In this document: positions 38,715 through 48,444 of the stretch, piece after piece
Position numbering within the stretch: the first letter of the stretch is position 1
Layout: each line of letters begins with the position of its first letter
Assembly (NCBI GenBank): GCA_963764165.1
Contig: CAVXRD010000003.1
Coordinates: forward strand, 512,001 to 576,000
Direction of reading: 5' to 3'
DNA from: an uncultured Verrucomicrobiae bacterium
GTDB taxonomy: Bacteria > Verrucomicrobiota > Verrucomicrobiia > Limisphaerales > Palsa-1400
DNA: 64,000 bases
Notes under the pieces: generated by a model
Databases searched by the model: none
The model's input: only the letters and a program-made list of their open reading frames with translations
Told to the model about the DNA's origin: nothing
Translations under genes and position numbers: made by a program

Positions 38715-41287
38715 GGCGCGCCGGAATCATCGCGTTTACGGTGATGGCGGTGGCGGCGGCGATTTGGATTTATTCCGCCTGCGCAGTCAATAATAAAGTA
38801 AATTTCCTGACGCCGGGCCCGGGCGCCTGGATCATCTATCCAAGCCCCCCGCAAATCGTGCCGTTCGAGGCAAAGCGAATGACGGCCGTTTTTCGGCGTG
38901 AATTCCAAGTGGCAGCCAAGCCTTCGGCTGCAACGGCGGCGTGGCGCTGCCTGAAGGAGGGAGAACTTTTCGTCAATGGGATAGCCGTTGCAAAATCCAG
39001 CGCCTCCGAGTGGAAGCGCGCTTCCCGGGCCGAAATCGCCGGACTTCTTCGGGCCGGGACGAATGTCATTGAGGTCCGCGTCGATTGCAGTGACGGCCCG
39101 CCCGCTTTGAGTCTCGCGGCGCGCGGAGATGATTTTGCGCTGGAATCGGACGGTTCTTGGAACTGCTCGCTGGCCGGAGCGGTCTGGCAGCCGGCTCTGT
39201 TGGCAGCGCACTCCCCTTCGCCCGCGCCCGGCAACTGGCTTTATGGCGCTGAAACCGCCGGCGGCTCATGGCGCAAGATTTGGCCAACGATTGCGATTTT
39301 TGGAGTGGCCGCGCTTGCCTTGCTCATTGCGTGCCGGAAGTTTTCACTGGCGGCACAGTCGCGATTTAATCCCGTGATGCTTGGCGTTATCGCTGTGGCA
39401 TGGCTTGCGCTGTTCCTCCACAACCTTCCCCTGATTCCTGGCGGCAGCGGATTTGACAGCCCAGAGCACATGGAGTTCATCGGCTACATTCAAGAGCACC
39501 ATTCGCTGCCGAATCCCAAGGACGGCTGGGAATTCTTTCAAGCGCCGCTTTATTACATTCTGGGCGCCGGCTGGCTCAGCCTGTTCGGCGCATCGGCGGC
39601 GAATACGGCGGGCGAGCACTTGATGGGCTTGCTCAACATGGCGCTCGTCGCCTGCGAATTGATGGCTGTCTACGCCTCTCTGAAAAGTTTGTTCCCAAAC
39701 CAAAAACCGAGGGTGCTTATCGGCTGGCTGATGGCTGCATTCGTGCCTGCGCAACTTTATTTGACATATTTTCCGACCAACGAGATTCTCGCCGGAGTCC
39801 TTACGACAGTTTCGTTCTGGCTCTGTTTGCAAATCATAAGAAGCGGCAGCGCGAGCATTCGCTTGCATGCGGCATTGGGCCTGGCTCTCGGGGCGTCGCT
39901 AGCGGCGAAGGCATCCGCGCTGATCGCCGTGGCGCTGGCGTTTTTTGCCATTGCTTTGAATTCCTGCCGGACGCGCCCTCCGGTCTCCAAAATCATCCAA
40001 CGAGCGGGAATCTGTTTTGGATTATGCGCTCTGATTGGAGGATGGCACTATTACCGGCTGTGGCGGCAGTTCGGGAATCCGCTGGTGGCAAACTGGGACG
40101 CCGCCGTTCGAGCGCCGTGGTGGCAGCAGCCTGGATATCACACGGCTTCCTATTACCTGACTTTCGGACGCGGGCTGGCGCAACCCTACTTCAGTTCCTT
40201 CCAGAGTTTTTGGGACGGGCTGTATTCGACGTGGTGGGGTGACGGTTTGCTCTCCGGCGCGTGGAAGTTCGACCGGCGCCTGCCGTGGAATTATGATTTC
40301 ATGACTGCCAGCTACGCTTTGGCGGTGGTTCCCACTGCCTTGGCATTGACTGGATTGTGGCGCGCGGTGCGCAACGGATTTCAAGGGCGAAGGGAGTGGT
40401 TGTTCCTCCTCGCCGCCGCGGCATTTTACGGCTGGGCCATATTCGTTCTGACGCTCAAGGTTCCCATTCATTCCGTGACCAAATCCTTTTTCGCATTGCC
40501 AGCAATCATTCCGTTCGCTGCGTTCATAATTCTGGGGTTGGAGTCATGGCTCAAGCTCGGCAAGAAAATTGAATATCTGTTATATTCCTGGCTCGCGGTG
40601 TGGCTGGCAAGCACTTACGCGGCTTTTTGGATTCTGCCCGATAGCGCGGAGACTCGGCTCTCCCTCGCCGAACGCGCTCGTCCGGTCAACAAGCCGGAAC
40701 AGCGGGCGATATTTGAAGACGTGCTTTCCACTCAGCCGGACAATGCGCGCGTCATTCTTGATCTGGCCAGGACGGACGATGATTCCAAACAAGCCATCGC
40801 GCGCCTTGAGAAAGCCGCGCAAACAAGGACAAACGTCATGATCGACACCGATCTCGCCTTGCGCCTCGGCGAAGATGGGCGCACAGAAGAAGCACTCGCC
40901 TGGGCCAGGCGGGCGTGCGCCTTGAGCATGGACTATGCGCCCGCGCCGGTTTTGTTGTGCTCGCTGTCATTGCGGGCCGGCCAGAACGAGCAAGCGGCGT
41001 CGGCTGGCTCGTGGGCGCTGCGGGTTTCGCCGCAAAATGCGGACCTTCAACTTTACACCGGACTGGCCTGCATGCGTTTGAAACGGTACGAGGAGGCGGC
41101 CCCGCGTTTTGCCGATGCAGTGGAATTTGCGCCGCAAAACCCGGACGCTCATTTCTGGCGTGGCATGGCATTGTGGAGCGTTGGCCGCAATCCCATGGAG
41201 GCGCGCGAAGAAGTTGCCACAGCGGTCCGGCTCGTCCCGCAAAACGCCAAATGGAAAGCGGCGCTGGACGAGATGTCGAAGCCGTAA
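38711..41287 (+). CDS. Multi-pass GT-C/ArnT-like glycosyltransferase with N-terminal beta-sandwich and C-terminal TPRs
   Basis: 'GFDSPEH...I...LP...WEFFQAPLYY' loop, many TM helices, TPR-like C-terminus. ATG overlaps the S8 stop. Confidence 0.65.
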   Translation: MRRAGIIAFTVMAVAAAIWIYSACAVNNKVNFLTPGPGAWIIYPSPPQIVPFEAKRMTAVFRREFQVAAKPSAATAAWRCLKEGELFVNGIAVAKSSASEWKRASRAEIAGLLRAGTNVIEVRVDCSDGPPALSLAARGDDFALESDGSWNCSLAGAVWQPALLAAHSPSPAPGNWLYGAETAGGSWRKIWPTIAIFGVAALALLIACRKFSLAAQSRFNPVMLGVIAVAWLALFLHNLPLIPGGSGFDSPEHMEFIGYIQEHHSLPNPKDGWEFFQAPLYYILGAGWLSLFGASAANTAGEHLMGLLNMALVACELMAVYASLKSLFPNQKPRVLIGWLMAAFVPAQLYLTYFPTNEILAGVLTTVSFWLCLQIIRSGSASIRLHAALGLALGASLAAKASALIAVALAFFAIALNSCRTRPPVSKIIQRAGICFGLCALIGGWHYYRLWRQFGNPLVANWDAAVRAPWWQQPGYHTASYYLTFGRGLAQPYFSSFQSFWDGLYSTWWGDGLLSGAWKFDRRLPWNYDFMTASYALAVVPTALALTGLWRAVRNGFQGRREWLFLLAAAAFYGWAIFVLTLKVPIHSVTKSFFALPAIIPFAAFIILGLESWLKLGKKIEYLLYSWLAVWLASTYAAFWILPDSAETRLSLAERARPVNKPEQRAIFEDVLSTQPDNARVILDLARTDDDSKQAIARLEKAAQTRTNVMIDTDLALRLGEDGRTEEALAWARRACALSMDYAPAPVLLCSLSLRAGQNEQAASAGSWALRVSPQNADLQLYTGLACMRLKRYEEAAPRFADAVEFAPQNPDAHFWRGMALWSVGRNPMEAREEVATAVRLVPQNAKWKAALDEMSKP

Positions 41288-41293
41288 ACAGAT

Positions 41294-41545
41294 TCAGATT
41301 TTGCGGTTCCGAAGCTGGCCGTGGTTTCCTTCAAACAATCCCTGGAAGGAAAGATCCTCGTCCAGATCCGGCCAATGCAGGCCGAATGGAGAAATCTCGA
41401 TGTGATTAAGCTGCTGGGGCGTGCCACCCGCCAGGCGCGGGTTTTCCGCCGCTGGAAAACGAATCTCCGCTCCACTTTGCATGCGGACAACAATGAAGCC
41501 ATCCACGTGGGCGGCGAAGCAAGCCCTGTCAGCCAAAGTATTCAT
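41294..41545 (-). CDS. DUF2442-family protein
   Basis: 'PRL...T..QL...EI...GLHWPDLDEDLS..GL'. Confidence 0.88.
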   Translation of the reverse strand: MNTLADRACFAAHVDGFIVVRMQSGAEIRFPAAENPRLAGGTPQQLNHIEISPFGLHWPDLDEDLSFQGLFEGNHGQLRNRKI

Positions 41546-41774
41546 GCCACTTCTGAATTAACAACTCTTTGTTGATTTCCGCAAGCAATTGCGCCTTCGA
41601 CAATTCAGACACTTTCAAACCAAATGATTCTCGCAGAACAACGTCCGTTTCCACCTCGAACACTGCTTCACCGCTTCCGTGGCGCACATGGACATGGATC
41701 GGGCGATGCTCGTTGCTGTAAAACGAGAATTTGTAACCGTCCTGCTCGAAAACTTTGGGCGTTGACTGGAGCAT
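41529..41774 (-). CDS. DUF4160-family protein
   Basis: 'PKVF..DGYKFSFYSNEH.PIHVHV...GEA.F...L...W.EYFG'. Start uncertain. Confidence 0.88.
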   Translation of the reverse strand: MLQSTPKVFEQDGYKFSFYSNEHRPIHVHVRHGSGEAVFEVETDVVLRESFGLKVSELSKAQLLAEINKELLIQKWHEYFG

Positions 41775-41882
41775 GACAAACCGAGGGCCCAAGTTCAAGC
41801 CACAGGCAGCCCTCGCTGCGTCTATAGTTGCCATCTTTCAGTTGCCTTGCATCGGCTTCCCGCTCAATTTGTCAGGGTGCTT

Positions 41883-43001
41883 ATGAAACACCTGTTCCAC
41901 CTTTTGCTGGCGGTGACAATTTTCTGCGCGGGGCGCGCTGGCGCTGACACCAACACGTTGGCCCGCATGATTGACACAAATTTGCCTGTGCGCGGCTTTT
42001 GCATCTCGGCGCCGCGGACAGAGGAACTCGACGCGTTCATTCATTTTATTGACAACGAACTGGCGCCGCGCGGCGTCAATACGCTGATTCTGCGGGTGGA
42101 CTACAATTACGAGTTCAAGAGCCATCCCGAACTGCGCGAAAAGCAGGTTCTCACGGAGGCGGACGTGAAAAAACTGGTTGCTGTTTGCCGCACCAACAAA
42201 ATTCATCTCATCCCGCAGATCAACATGCTCGGCCATCAATCCGGCGGAAAATGGCTTGGCAGCCTTCTGCGCCACTATCCTGAGTTTGACGAAACGCCGT
42301 GGGTCGCAATGCCTGAGAAATACGAGTGGCCCAACGCTGACGGTCTTTATTGCAAAAGCTATTGCCCGCTTCATCCGAACTTGCACGAGGTCATTTTCCC
42401 GGTCATCGACGAGATTTGCGATGCCTTCGAGTCGGACACATTTCACGCGGGAATGGACGAAGTATTCTACATCGCGGAGGACAAATGCCCTCGCTGCGAC
42501 GGGAAGGATCCGGCGGAAATTTTCGCCGGGGAAGTCACGCGGCTGCGCGATCATTTGCAGAAATCGGGCCGGAAACTTTGGATTTGGAGCGACCGTCTGC
42601 TGGACGGAAAATCGACTGGCATCGGCGCGTGGGAAGCGAGCACAAACAATACCTCGCGCGCGATTGATTTGATTCCGAAGGACGTGATGTTATGCGATTG
42701 GCATTACGATCAGGCTTTGGCGACCGCGCCGTATTTTGCGATGAAAGGATTTCATGTCATTACGTGCCCGTGGAAAAACTCCCAAACCGCCGTCTGGCAG
42801 GCACAGGACATGGCGCATTGGCGCGAGCGCTCGACGCCGGAATTGCAGGAGCGCTTCGAGGGCGTGATGCAGACAGTGTGGAGCGGGACGGGCGGATTTC
42901 TGAAAAAGGATTATCACAGCGATCCGTCTGAAACCAATTCTTGGAATTGCTTCACGGCGATGTTCGACGAACTCAAAAAATTGCAAACCGACGCAAAATG
43001 A
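41883..43001 (+). CDS. Family 20 glycoside hydrolase-like protein
   Basis: LIPQINMLGH; FHAGMDEV; IWSD; CDWHY; signal peptide. Confidence 0.85.
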   Translation: MKHLFHLLLAVTIFCAGRAGADTNTLARMIDTNLPVRGFCISAPRTEELDAFIHFIDNELAPRGVNTLILRVDYNYEFKSHPELREKQVLTEADVKKLVAVCRTNKIHLIPQINMLGHQSGGKWLGSLLRHYPEFDETPWVAMPEKYEWPNADGLYCKSYCPLHPNLHEVIFPVIDEICDAFESDTFHAGMDEVFYIAEDKCPRCDGKDPAEIFAGEVTRLRDHLQKSGRKLWIWSDRLLDGKSTGIGAWEASTNNTSRAIDLIPKDVMLCDWHYDQALATAPYFAMKGFHVITCPWKNSQTAVWQAQDMAHWRERSTPELQERFEGVMQTVWSGTGGFLKKDYHSDPSETNSWNCFTAMFDELKKLQTDAK

Positions 43002-44500
43002 AACGATGGTTCTTGGCATTGTGCTGGGCTGGGTTGATGGTGTGCCGCGCCGCTTCGGCGCAAAACGCGAACGACACGCTGCCCGCCCTTCAAGCGCGTC
43101 TGGCGGCGATCATCGATGATCCGCGCTTCGCCCAGGCAGCGTGGGGAGCGAAGGTGGTTTCCCTTGACAGCGGACAAACCGTTTTCGAGCGCAATTCCGA
43201 GAAACTCCTCAAACCTGCGTCGAACAACAAACTCTACACCGCCGCCCTGGCGCTGGATCGCCTGGGGCCGGATTTCCGAATCAGGACCAGTTTTTACGCG
43301 GCGGCAAAACCGGATGGCGATGGCGCAATTCATGGCGACCTGATCGTTTACGGCCGAGGCGATCCGACATTTTCGGCCCGCTTCAACGGCGGTGATTACA
43401 AGAAAGCGTTGCAGCCCGCCGTCGATGCTTTGGTGACGGTCGGTGTCAAACATATCGACGGCGATTTGATTGGCGACGAGAGCTTTTTCCGAGGCGCGCC
43501 CTACGGCACCGATTGGACATGGGACGATTTGCAGGAATACTATGGAGCGCCTGCGTCCGCGTTATCATATCAAGACAACGTCATCGATCTGATGTTCAAA
43601 CCGGGTAAAGCAGAAGGCGAGCCTTGTGAAATTATAACGACGCCGGAAACGACGATCCTCACCTTCGGAAATCGTACCCATACCCTTCCCGCGAATAGAA
43701 TCCGGGGGCATGTGCGGTTGTATCGTCCGGTGGGGGAAGGCACAGCGTATGTTTGGGATGGCGTGCCTTTGGGTTCGAGGGGTGAAGCTGGCTCGGTTTC
43801 AGTGCCGAAGCCCGCACTGTGGTTTGTGACGATGCTAAAACAGGAATTGTCTCAGCACGGCGTGGCCATTTCTGGCGGAGTGCGGCAGGAAGATTGGCTT
43901 TCGCGGGAAACCGCGCCGCTGGCGATTTCCAATCTTGTCGAAATTGCATACGTTCAATCGCGACCGTTGGCGGAGATTGTCAAATCAACACTCAAGCCGT
44001 CGCAGAATCTTTACGCGCAACTCCTGTTGTTGCAGGTCGGAGTCCATGCGGATATTCAAGGCCACGACACCGAACGGTCCGGAATCGCTGAAATGCAGTC
44101 ATTTCTCGGCAGCGCAAACGTCGCGCGGGGGTCGGCGCAATTGGAGGAAGGCTCGGGTCTTTCGCGTGGCACACTCGTTACGCCCAGCGCCACAGTCCAG
44201 CTATTGGTTTTTATGAATCACCATCGCAGCCGCGACGCGTTTTTCGACGGTTTGTCGATTGCCGGGGTGGACGGTACATTGCGAAATCGCATGAAAGGCA
44301 CCGTTGCCGCAGGGAATCTGCGAGCGAAAACAGGTTCCCTTGGTGGTGTGGACACACTTTCTGGATATGTGACCACCGCCGGGAAAGATCATCTGGCATT
44401 TTCGCTCATGTTGAACAATTTTCGAGACGAGACAGGCGGAAGGGCCGCGCTGGATTCCCTCGGCATTGAGTTGGCGAAATTCCAGGGGAAACTTCCATAA
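42998..44500 (+). CDS. dacB: D-alanyl-D-alanine carboxypeptidase/endopeptidase (S13)
   Basis: PASNNK; SQN; EGSGLSR; AGVDGTL..R; AKTGSL. Confidence 0.92.
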   Translation: MKRWFLALCWAGLMVCRAASAQNANDTLPALQARLAAIIDDPRFAQAAWGAKVVSLDSGQTVFERNSEKLLKPASNNKLYTAALALDRLGPDFRIRTSFYAAAKPDGDGAIHGDLIVYGRGDPTFSARFNGGDYKKALQPAVDALVTVGVKHIDGDLIGDESFFRGAPYGTDWTWDDLQEYYGAPASALSYQDNVIDLMFKPGKAEGEPCEIITTPETTILTFGNRTHTLPANRIRGHVRLYRPVGEGTAYVWDGVPLGSRGEAGSVSVPKPALWFVTMLKQELSQHGVAISGGVRQEDWLSRETAPLAISNLVEIAYVQSRPLAEIVKSTLKPSQNLYAQLLLLQVGVHADIQGHDTERSGIAEMQSFLGSANVARGSAQLEEGSGLSRGTLVTPSATVQLLVFMNHHRSRDAFFDGLSIAGVDGTLRNRMKGTVAAGNLRAKTGSLGGVDTLSGYVTTAGKDHLAFSLMLNNFRDETGGRAALDSLGIELAKFQGKLP

Positions 44501-44508
44501 TTCCCGCA

Positions 44509-44622
44509 GCAGGGCAGGCTGATCCGCCCCATAAGTCCCATTATTCCCATTACTCCCATCTTAATGCGAATAATGGGAATAATGCGACTTATGGGGCGGC
44601 TTGGCGGGAGCTTCGCCCTCCC
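44509..44622. repeat. Composite repeat: REP-like ends enclosing a 76-bp palindrome built of 9-bp units
   Basis: 44524-44559 vs reverse complement of 44564-44599, 33/36 match. CCCAT at 44528, 44537, 44546 and 44555. Confidence 0.8.
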
Positions 44623-44692
44623 GGGCTCTTGGTGACATTTTTGAACCTCTTTCACGAGTCAAACGAACCATTCCAAAAAAATTTCATAAAAA

Positions 44693-44846
44693 TTGCTTGC
44701 GCGTTTTCTGGCTTATGTTAATTTCACCATCCGTTTCGCCTTCGGGCGGAACTGCCGGCTGATCGCGCGACCGAGAACTGATCGCCCCACTGGGCGCAGG
44801 ATTAATGGCCGATGCGGCTTATAGCCGATGACATTTTTTACGATTT
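44693..44846 (+). promoter_or_regulatory. Putative promoter and structured 5' leader of the rplB-rplQ operon
   Basis: AT-rich upstream tract; TTGC../TGTTAAT-like boxes; cUUCGg hairpin at 44733-44752; two further small hairpins. Confidence 0.5.
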
Positions 44847-45701
44847 ATGCCAGTTAAAACGTACAGGCCGTTAACGCCTTCGACGCGCTACATTACTGTG
44901 GCGTCCTTCGACGAGATTACGAAGGACCACCCTGAGCGGAGCCTCATCAGCATCCGCAAAAAATCGGGTGGCCGTAATCATTATGGACGCGTCACCGCCC
45001 GCGGCATCGGCAAAGGCCACAAACAGTTTTATCGCCACGTTGACTTCAAACGCGCCAAGCACGGCGTCGAAGCCGATGTGACGGCCATCGAATACGACCC
45101 GATCCGCACCGCCCGCCTCGCCCTCCTCGTCTACAAAGACGGCGAGAAAGCTTACATCCTGGCTCCAGTCGGTTTGCAGGTCGGCGCCAAGATCGTCAGC
45201 GGGCCGACTGCTCCTCCTGACCTCGGCAATTGCATTCCGCTCAAAAACGTTCCAGTTGGCGTGGCTATTCATAACCTTGAAATCAACCCCGGTCGCGGCG
45301 GCCAGATCGTTCGTTCCGCCGGTGGCGCAGCCACTTTGATGTCTCGGGGCGATGGTTACGCGACCATCCGCCTGCCTTCAGGCGAAGTTCGCCGCATTCA
45401 CGAAACCTGCTACGCCACCATCGGCCAGGTGGGCAACGTCGAACACGAGAAGATCAGCTTGGGCAAAGCAGGCCGTTCCCGGCATCGCGGCATCCGCCCG
45501 ATCAATCGCGGTGTGTCCCGCAACCCGGTCGACCATCCCAACGGTGGCGGCGCCGGCAAGTCCAAGAGCGGCGGCGGCTGGCAGCAATTGACTTCCCCGT
45601 GGGGTTTGCTGGCCAAGGGTTATCGCACGCGCAACAAGCGCAAATTTTCCAATCGGTTCATCCTGGTTCGCCGCGATGGCCGTCCAATGAAGCTAAAGTA
45701 A
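44847..45701 (+). CDS. rplB: 50S ribosomal protein L2
   Basis: [27 protein letters not shown]. Confidence 0.98.
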   Translation: MPVKTYRPLTPSTRYITVASFDEITKDHPERSLISIRKKSGGRNHYGRVTARGIGKGHKQFYRHVDFKRAKHGVEADVTAIEYDPIRTARLALLVYKDGEKAYILAPVGLQVGAKIVSGPTAPPDLGNCIPLKNVPVGVAIHNLEINPGRGGQIVRSAGGAATLMSRGDGYATIRLPSGEVRRIHETCYATIGQVGNVEHEKISLGKAGRSRHRGIRPINRGVSRNPVDHPNGGGAGKSKSGGGWQQLTSPWGLLAKGYRTRNKRKFSNRFILVRRDGRPMKLK

Positions 45702-45708
45702 GAACGTT

Positions 45709-45990
45709 ATGGGTCGATCCATTAAAAAAGGTCCGTTTGTAGACCAGCATTTGCAGGATAAAATCGATGCCGCCAAGGCATCCAAGAGCAAGTCGCCGAT
45801 CAAAACCTGGTCGCGCCGCTCGATGATTACCCCGGAGTTTGTCGGGTTGACGTTTAACGTCCACAACGGAAAAGTGTTCAACCCCGTTTTCGTCACGGAA
45901 AACATGGTGGGGCATCGTTTGGGCGAATTCTCCCTGACCCGCACGTTTAAGAAACACGGCGCGCACACCGCGAAGGCGGAGGCCAAGTAG
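45709..45990 (+). CDS. rpsS: 30S ribosomal protein S19
   Basis: [25 protein letters not shown]. Confidence 0.98.
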   Translation: MGRSIKKGPFVDQHLQDKIDAAKASKSKSPIKTWSRRSMITPEFVGLTFNVHNGKVFNPVFVTENMVGHRLGEFSLTRTFKKHGAHTAKAEAK

Positions 45991-46010
45991 TCGCAGTCGA
46001 AATCGAATTT

Positions 46011-46364
46011 ATGGAAGTCCAAGCCATCACAAAAAATATACGCATGTCCGCGCAGAAAATGCGCGAAGTCGTGCGGCAGATTCAGGGGATGCCTGCGGCG
46101 CACGCCCAAGCGGTGCTGGCCGTTGTCCCGCGCAAAGGAGCGCGCGTGGTGGCCAAGACCCTCAAGTCGGCCATGGCCAACGCCGAGGATCTCAAGACCA
46201 ACAAACCCGAATATCAAAACCTGCAAACCGACCGTTTGCGGGTCAAATACGCTGTGGCTGGCACCGCCGGCAATGCCAAGCGGTTCACCCCCAAGGCGCG
46301 CGGTTCGGCCGGCCCGATCATCAAGCGCAATTGCCACGTGAAAATTGTTTTGTCTGACGACTAA
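46011..46364 (+). CDS. rplV: 50S ribosomal protein L22
   Basis: RMSAQKMR; KTLKSAMANA; PKARG; synteny. Confidence 0.96.
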   Translation: MEVQAITKNIRMSAQKMREVVRQIQGMPAAHAQAVLAVVPRKGARVVAKTLKSAMANAEDLKTNKPEYQNLQTDRLRVKYAVAGTAGNAKRFTPKARGSAGPIIKRNCHVKIVLSDD

Positions 46365-46367
46365 TTT

Positions 46368-47051
46368 ATGGGCCAAAAAACAAATCCAACAGGCCTGCGG
46401 CTCGCAGTCAACAAGGACTGGAGTTCCAAGTGGTTCGCCGAAAAGAAAGAATTCGGCAAATTGCTGGCGGAAGACCGCAAGATCCGCGAATTGCTCAAGT
46501 CCAAGCTGGAAGGCGCTTCGGTTTCCAAGATTCAATTGGAACGCGCCGCCTCCCGCTGCCGCATTACGATTCATACGGCCCGCCCCGGCGTGGTCATCGG
46601 ACGCAAAGGCGCGGAAATCGACAAGCTCAAGGAAGAAATCAGCAAGATGACCGGCAAGGAAGTCTATGTTGACATCACCGAGATCAAGCAGCCTGAAATG
46701 GACGCCCAGTTAGTGGCCGAAAACATCGCCCTTCAATTGGAGCGCCGTGTTTCCTTCCGTCGCGCCATGAAGAAAGCGGTGCAAGTCGCAATGGATTTTG
46801 GCGCGGAAGGCATTAAGATTCGCGTGGGCGGCCGTTTGGGGGGCGCTGAAATCGCGCGTGTTGAAAAATATCATCAAGGCCGCGTTCCGCTGCACACGTT
46901 GCGCGCGAACATCGACTACGGTTTCGCCGAGGCGAAGACCGTTTACGGCAAGCTGGGCATCAAATGCTGGATCTGCCGCGGTGACAACCCGGTGGAAAAG
47001 AAGCAAGTGGTGAAGCCCGCTGAAGCAGCCCCGGTTCCTGTCGCTGCTTAA
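46368..47051 (+). CDS. rpsC: 30S ribosomal protein S3
   Basis: [35 protein letters not shown]. Confidence 0.98.
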   Translation: MGQKTNPTGLRLAVNKDWSSKWFAEKKEFGKLLAEDRKIRELLKSKLEGASVSKIQLERAASRCRITIHTARPGVVIGRKGAEIDKLKEEISKMTGKEVYVDITEIKQPEMDAQLVAENIALQLERRVSFRRAMKKAVQVAMDFGAEGIKIRVGGRLGGAEIARVEKYHQGRVPLHTLRANIDYGFAEAKTVYGKLGIKCWICRGDNPVEKKQVVKPAEAAPVPVAA

Positions 47052-47087
47052 CCGACCCTGAACATTTTTTAGAAGAGAGAGACTGAT

Positions 47088-47509
47088 ATGGCAATGAGTC
47101 CAGCAAGAGTGAAGTACCGCAAGATGCACCGCGGCAGCCGCACAAGGCTTGGCGCACAGCGGTTCCACCGTGGCTTTTGGTGAATACGGATTGCAATCAC
47201 TGGAGCGCATGCTGGCTGCACACCAAGCAGATCGAAGCGGCCCGCGTGGCAGTCACCCGTTACATGAAACGCCGCGGCAAGGTCTGGATTCGCATTTTCC
47301 CGCAGAAGTCCTACACTAAGAAGCCGTTGGAAACCCGAATGGGCAAAGGCAAAGGTCCTTTGGAATCCTGGGTGGCGGTCATTCGTCCGGCCAACATTCT
47401 CTTTGAAGTCGATGGCGTGACGGAAGCGGTGGCGCGCGAATCGATGCGCCTGGCGGCCACCAAGCTGCCAATCAAGACAAAATTTATTTCCCGTCACACG
47501 ATGGGCTAA
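47088..47509 (+). CDS. rplP: 50S ribosomal protein L16 (two +1 insertions near 47145 and 47209, probable sequence errors)
   Basis: [11 protein letters not shown]...[10 protein letters not shown]...QIEAAR...WIRIFP...RMGKGKG across frames. Span is 422 nt (3n+2). Confidence 0.93.
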
Positions 47510-47522
47510 TGCCGAGCGAACC

Positions 47523-47720
47523 ATGAAGATGTCCGAACTAAAAGATTTGACCGCGCAGGAGTTGTCCGCCAAGAGCGGAGAACTGCGCAAGGAAATGTTT
47601 AATCTGCGGCTGCAGCAGGCCAGCAGCCAGTTGGAAAAGCCAGCCCAACTGCGCGTCCTGCGCCGGAACATCGCCCGGGTGGAAACCCGGATTTCCGAGG
47701 TCCGCCGCAAGAAATCCTGA
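47523..47720 (+). CDS. rpmC: 50S ribosomal protein L29
   Basis: ELRKEMFNLRLQ; RRNIARV.T. Confidence 0.96.
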   Translation: MKMSELKDLTAQELSAKSGELRKEMFNLRLQQASSQLEKPAQLRVLRRNIARVETRISEVRRKKS

Positions 47721-47739
47721 TTTGAATTTGAATTGATAT

Positions 47740-48066
47740 ATGCCAGAACAAGCCACACAGCCCGCACCGACCACGACGCCCGCCGCACCGGCGGAGGCGC
47801 GCGGACATCGCAAAGAACGCCTTGGGAAGGTCATCGCCGCCAAGATGACGAAGACGATTGTCGTGCAGGTGCAGCGCCGTTTCCCTCACCCGGAATACAA
47901 GAAAGTGATTACGGCTTATTCCAAGTTTTACGCTCACGACGAGAAGAGCGAAGCGAAAGTTGGCGATTTGGTTTTGATTGTTGAGACACGCCCCCTCTCC
48001 AAGTTGAAGCGCTGGCGTTTGACCCAGGTGGTGGAACGTTCCGCCGAAGCTCCCGTGCCGGTTTAA
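47740..48066 (+). CDS. rpsQ: 30S ribosomal protein S17
   Basis: KMTKTIVV; HP.YKK; AHDE; ETRPLSK.KRW. Confidence 0.97.
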   Translation: MPEQATQPAPTTTPAAPAEARGHRKERLGKVIAAKMTKTIVVQVQRRFPHPEYKKVITAYSKFYAHDEKSEAKVGDLVLIVETRPLSKLKRWRLTQVVERSAEAPVPV

Positions 48067-48076
48067 TTAGGACTTT

Positions 48077-48442
48077 ATGCTACAGGTTCGCTCTATTTTA
48101 GACGTGGCCGACAACACCGGCGCCAAGCGCGCCGCTGCCATCGGGGTCATTGGCCGCAATCAGCGTTACGCCGGAATTGGCGACGTCATCAAGGCGCACA
48201 TCAAGGAAGCCGCTCCGGATGGCACCGTCAAGAAGGGTGAAGTTGTGGACGCCGTGGTTGTCCGCACGCGCAAGCAGATTCGCCGGGCCGACGGTTCCTA
48301 CCTTCGCTTTGACAGCAACGCGATCGTGATCATCGACAAGGAACACAACCCGCGCGGCACGCGCATCTTTGGACCGGTCGCCCGCGAATTGCGCGACAAG
48401 AAGTTCATGAAAATCATTTCCTTGGCCCCGGAGGTCATCTAG
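48077..48442 (+). CDS. rplN: 50S ribosomal protein L14
   Basis: [27 protein letters not shown]. Confidence 0.98.
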   Translation: MLQVRSILDVADNTGAKRAAAIGVIGRNQRYAGIGDVIKAHIKEAAPDGTVKKGEVVDAVVVRTRKQIRRADGSYLRFDSNAIVIIDKEHNPRGTRIFGPVARELRDKKFMKIISLAPEVI

Positions 48443-48444
48443 TT

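Noticed and set aside
44524..44599. 9-bp arrays or TGTTAC arrays as a CRISPR array
   Set aside because: There are no unique spacers of constant length, the units are too short, and no cas genes are present.
47130..47215. Programmed frameshifting in rplP
   Set aside because: It would need two separate shifts with no slippery sequence; consensus error is simpler.
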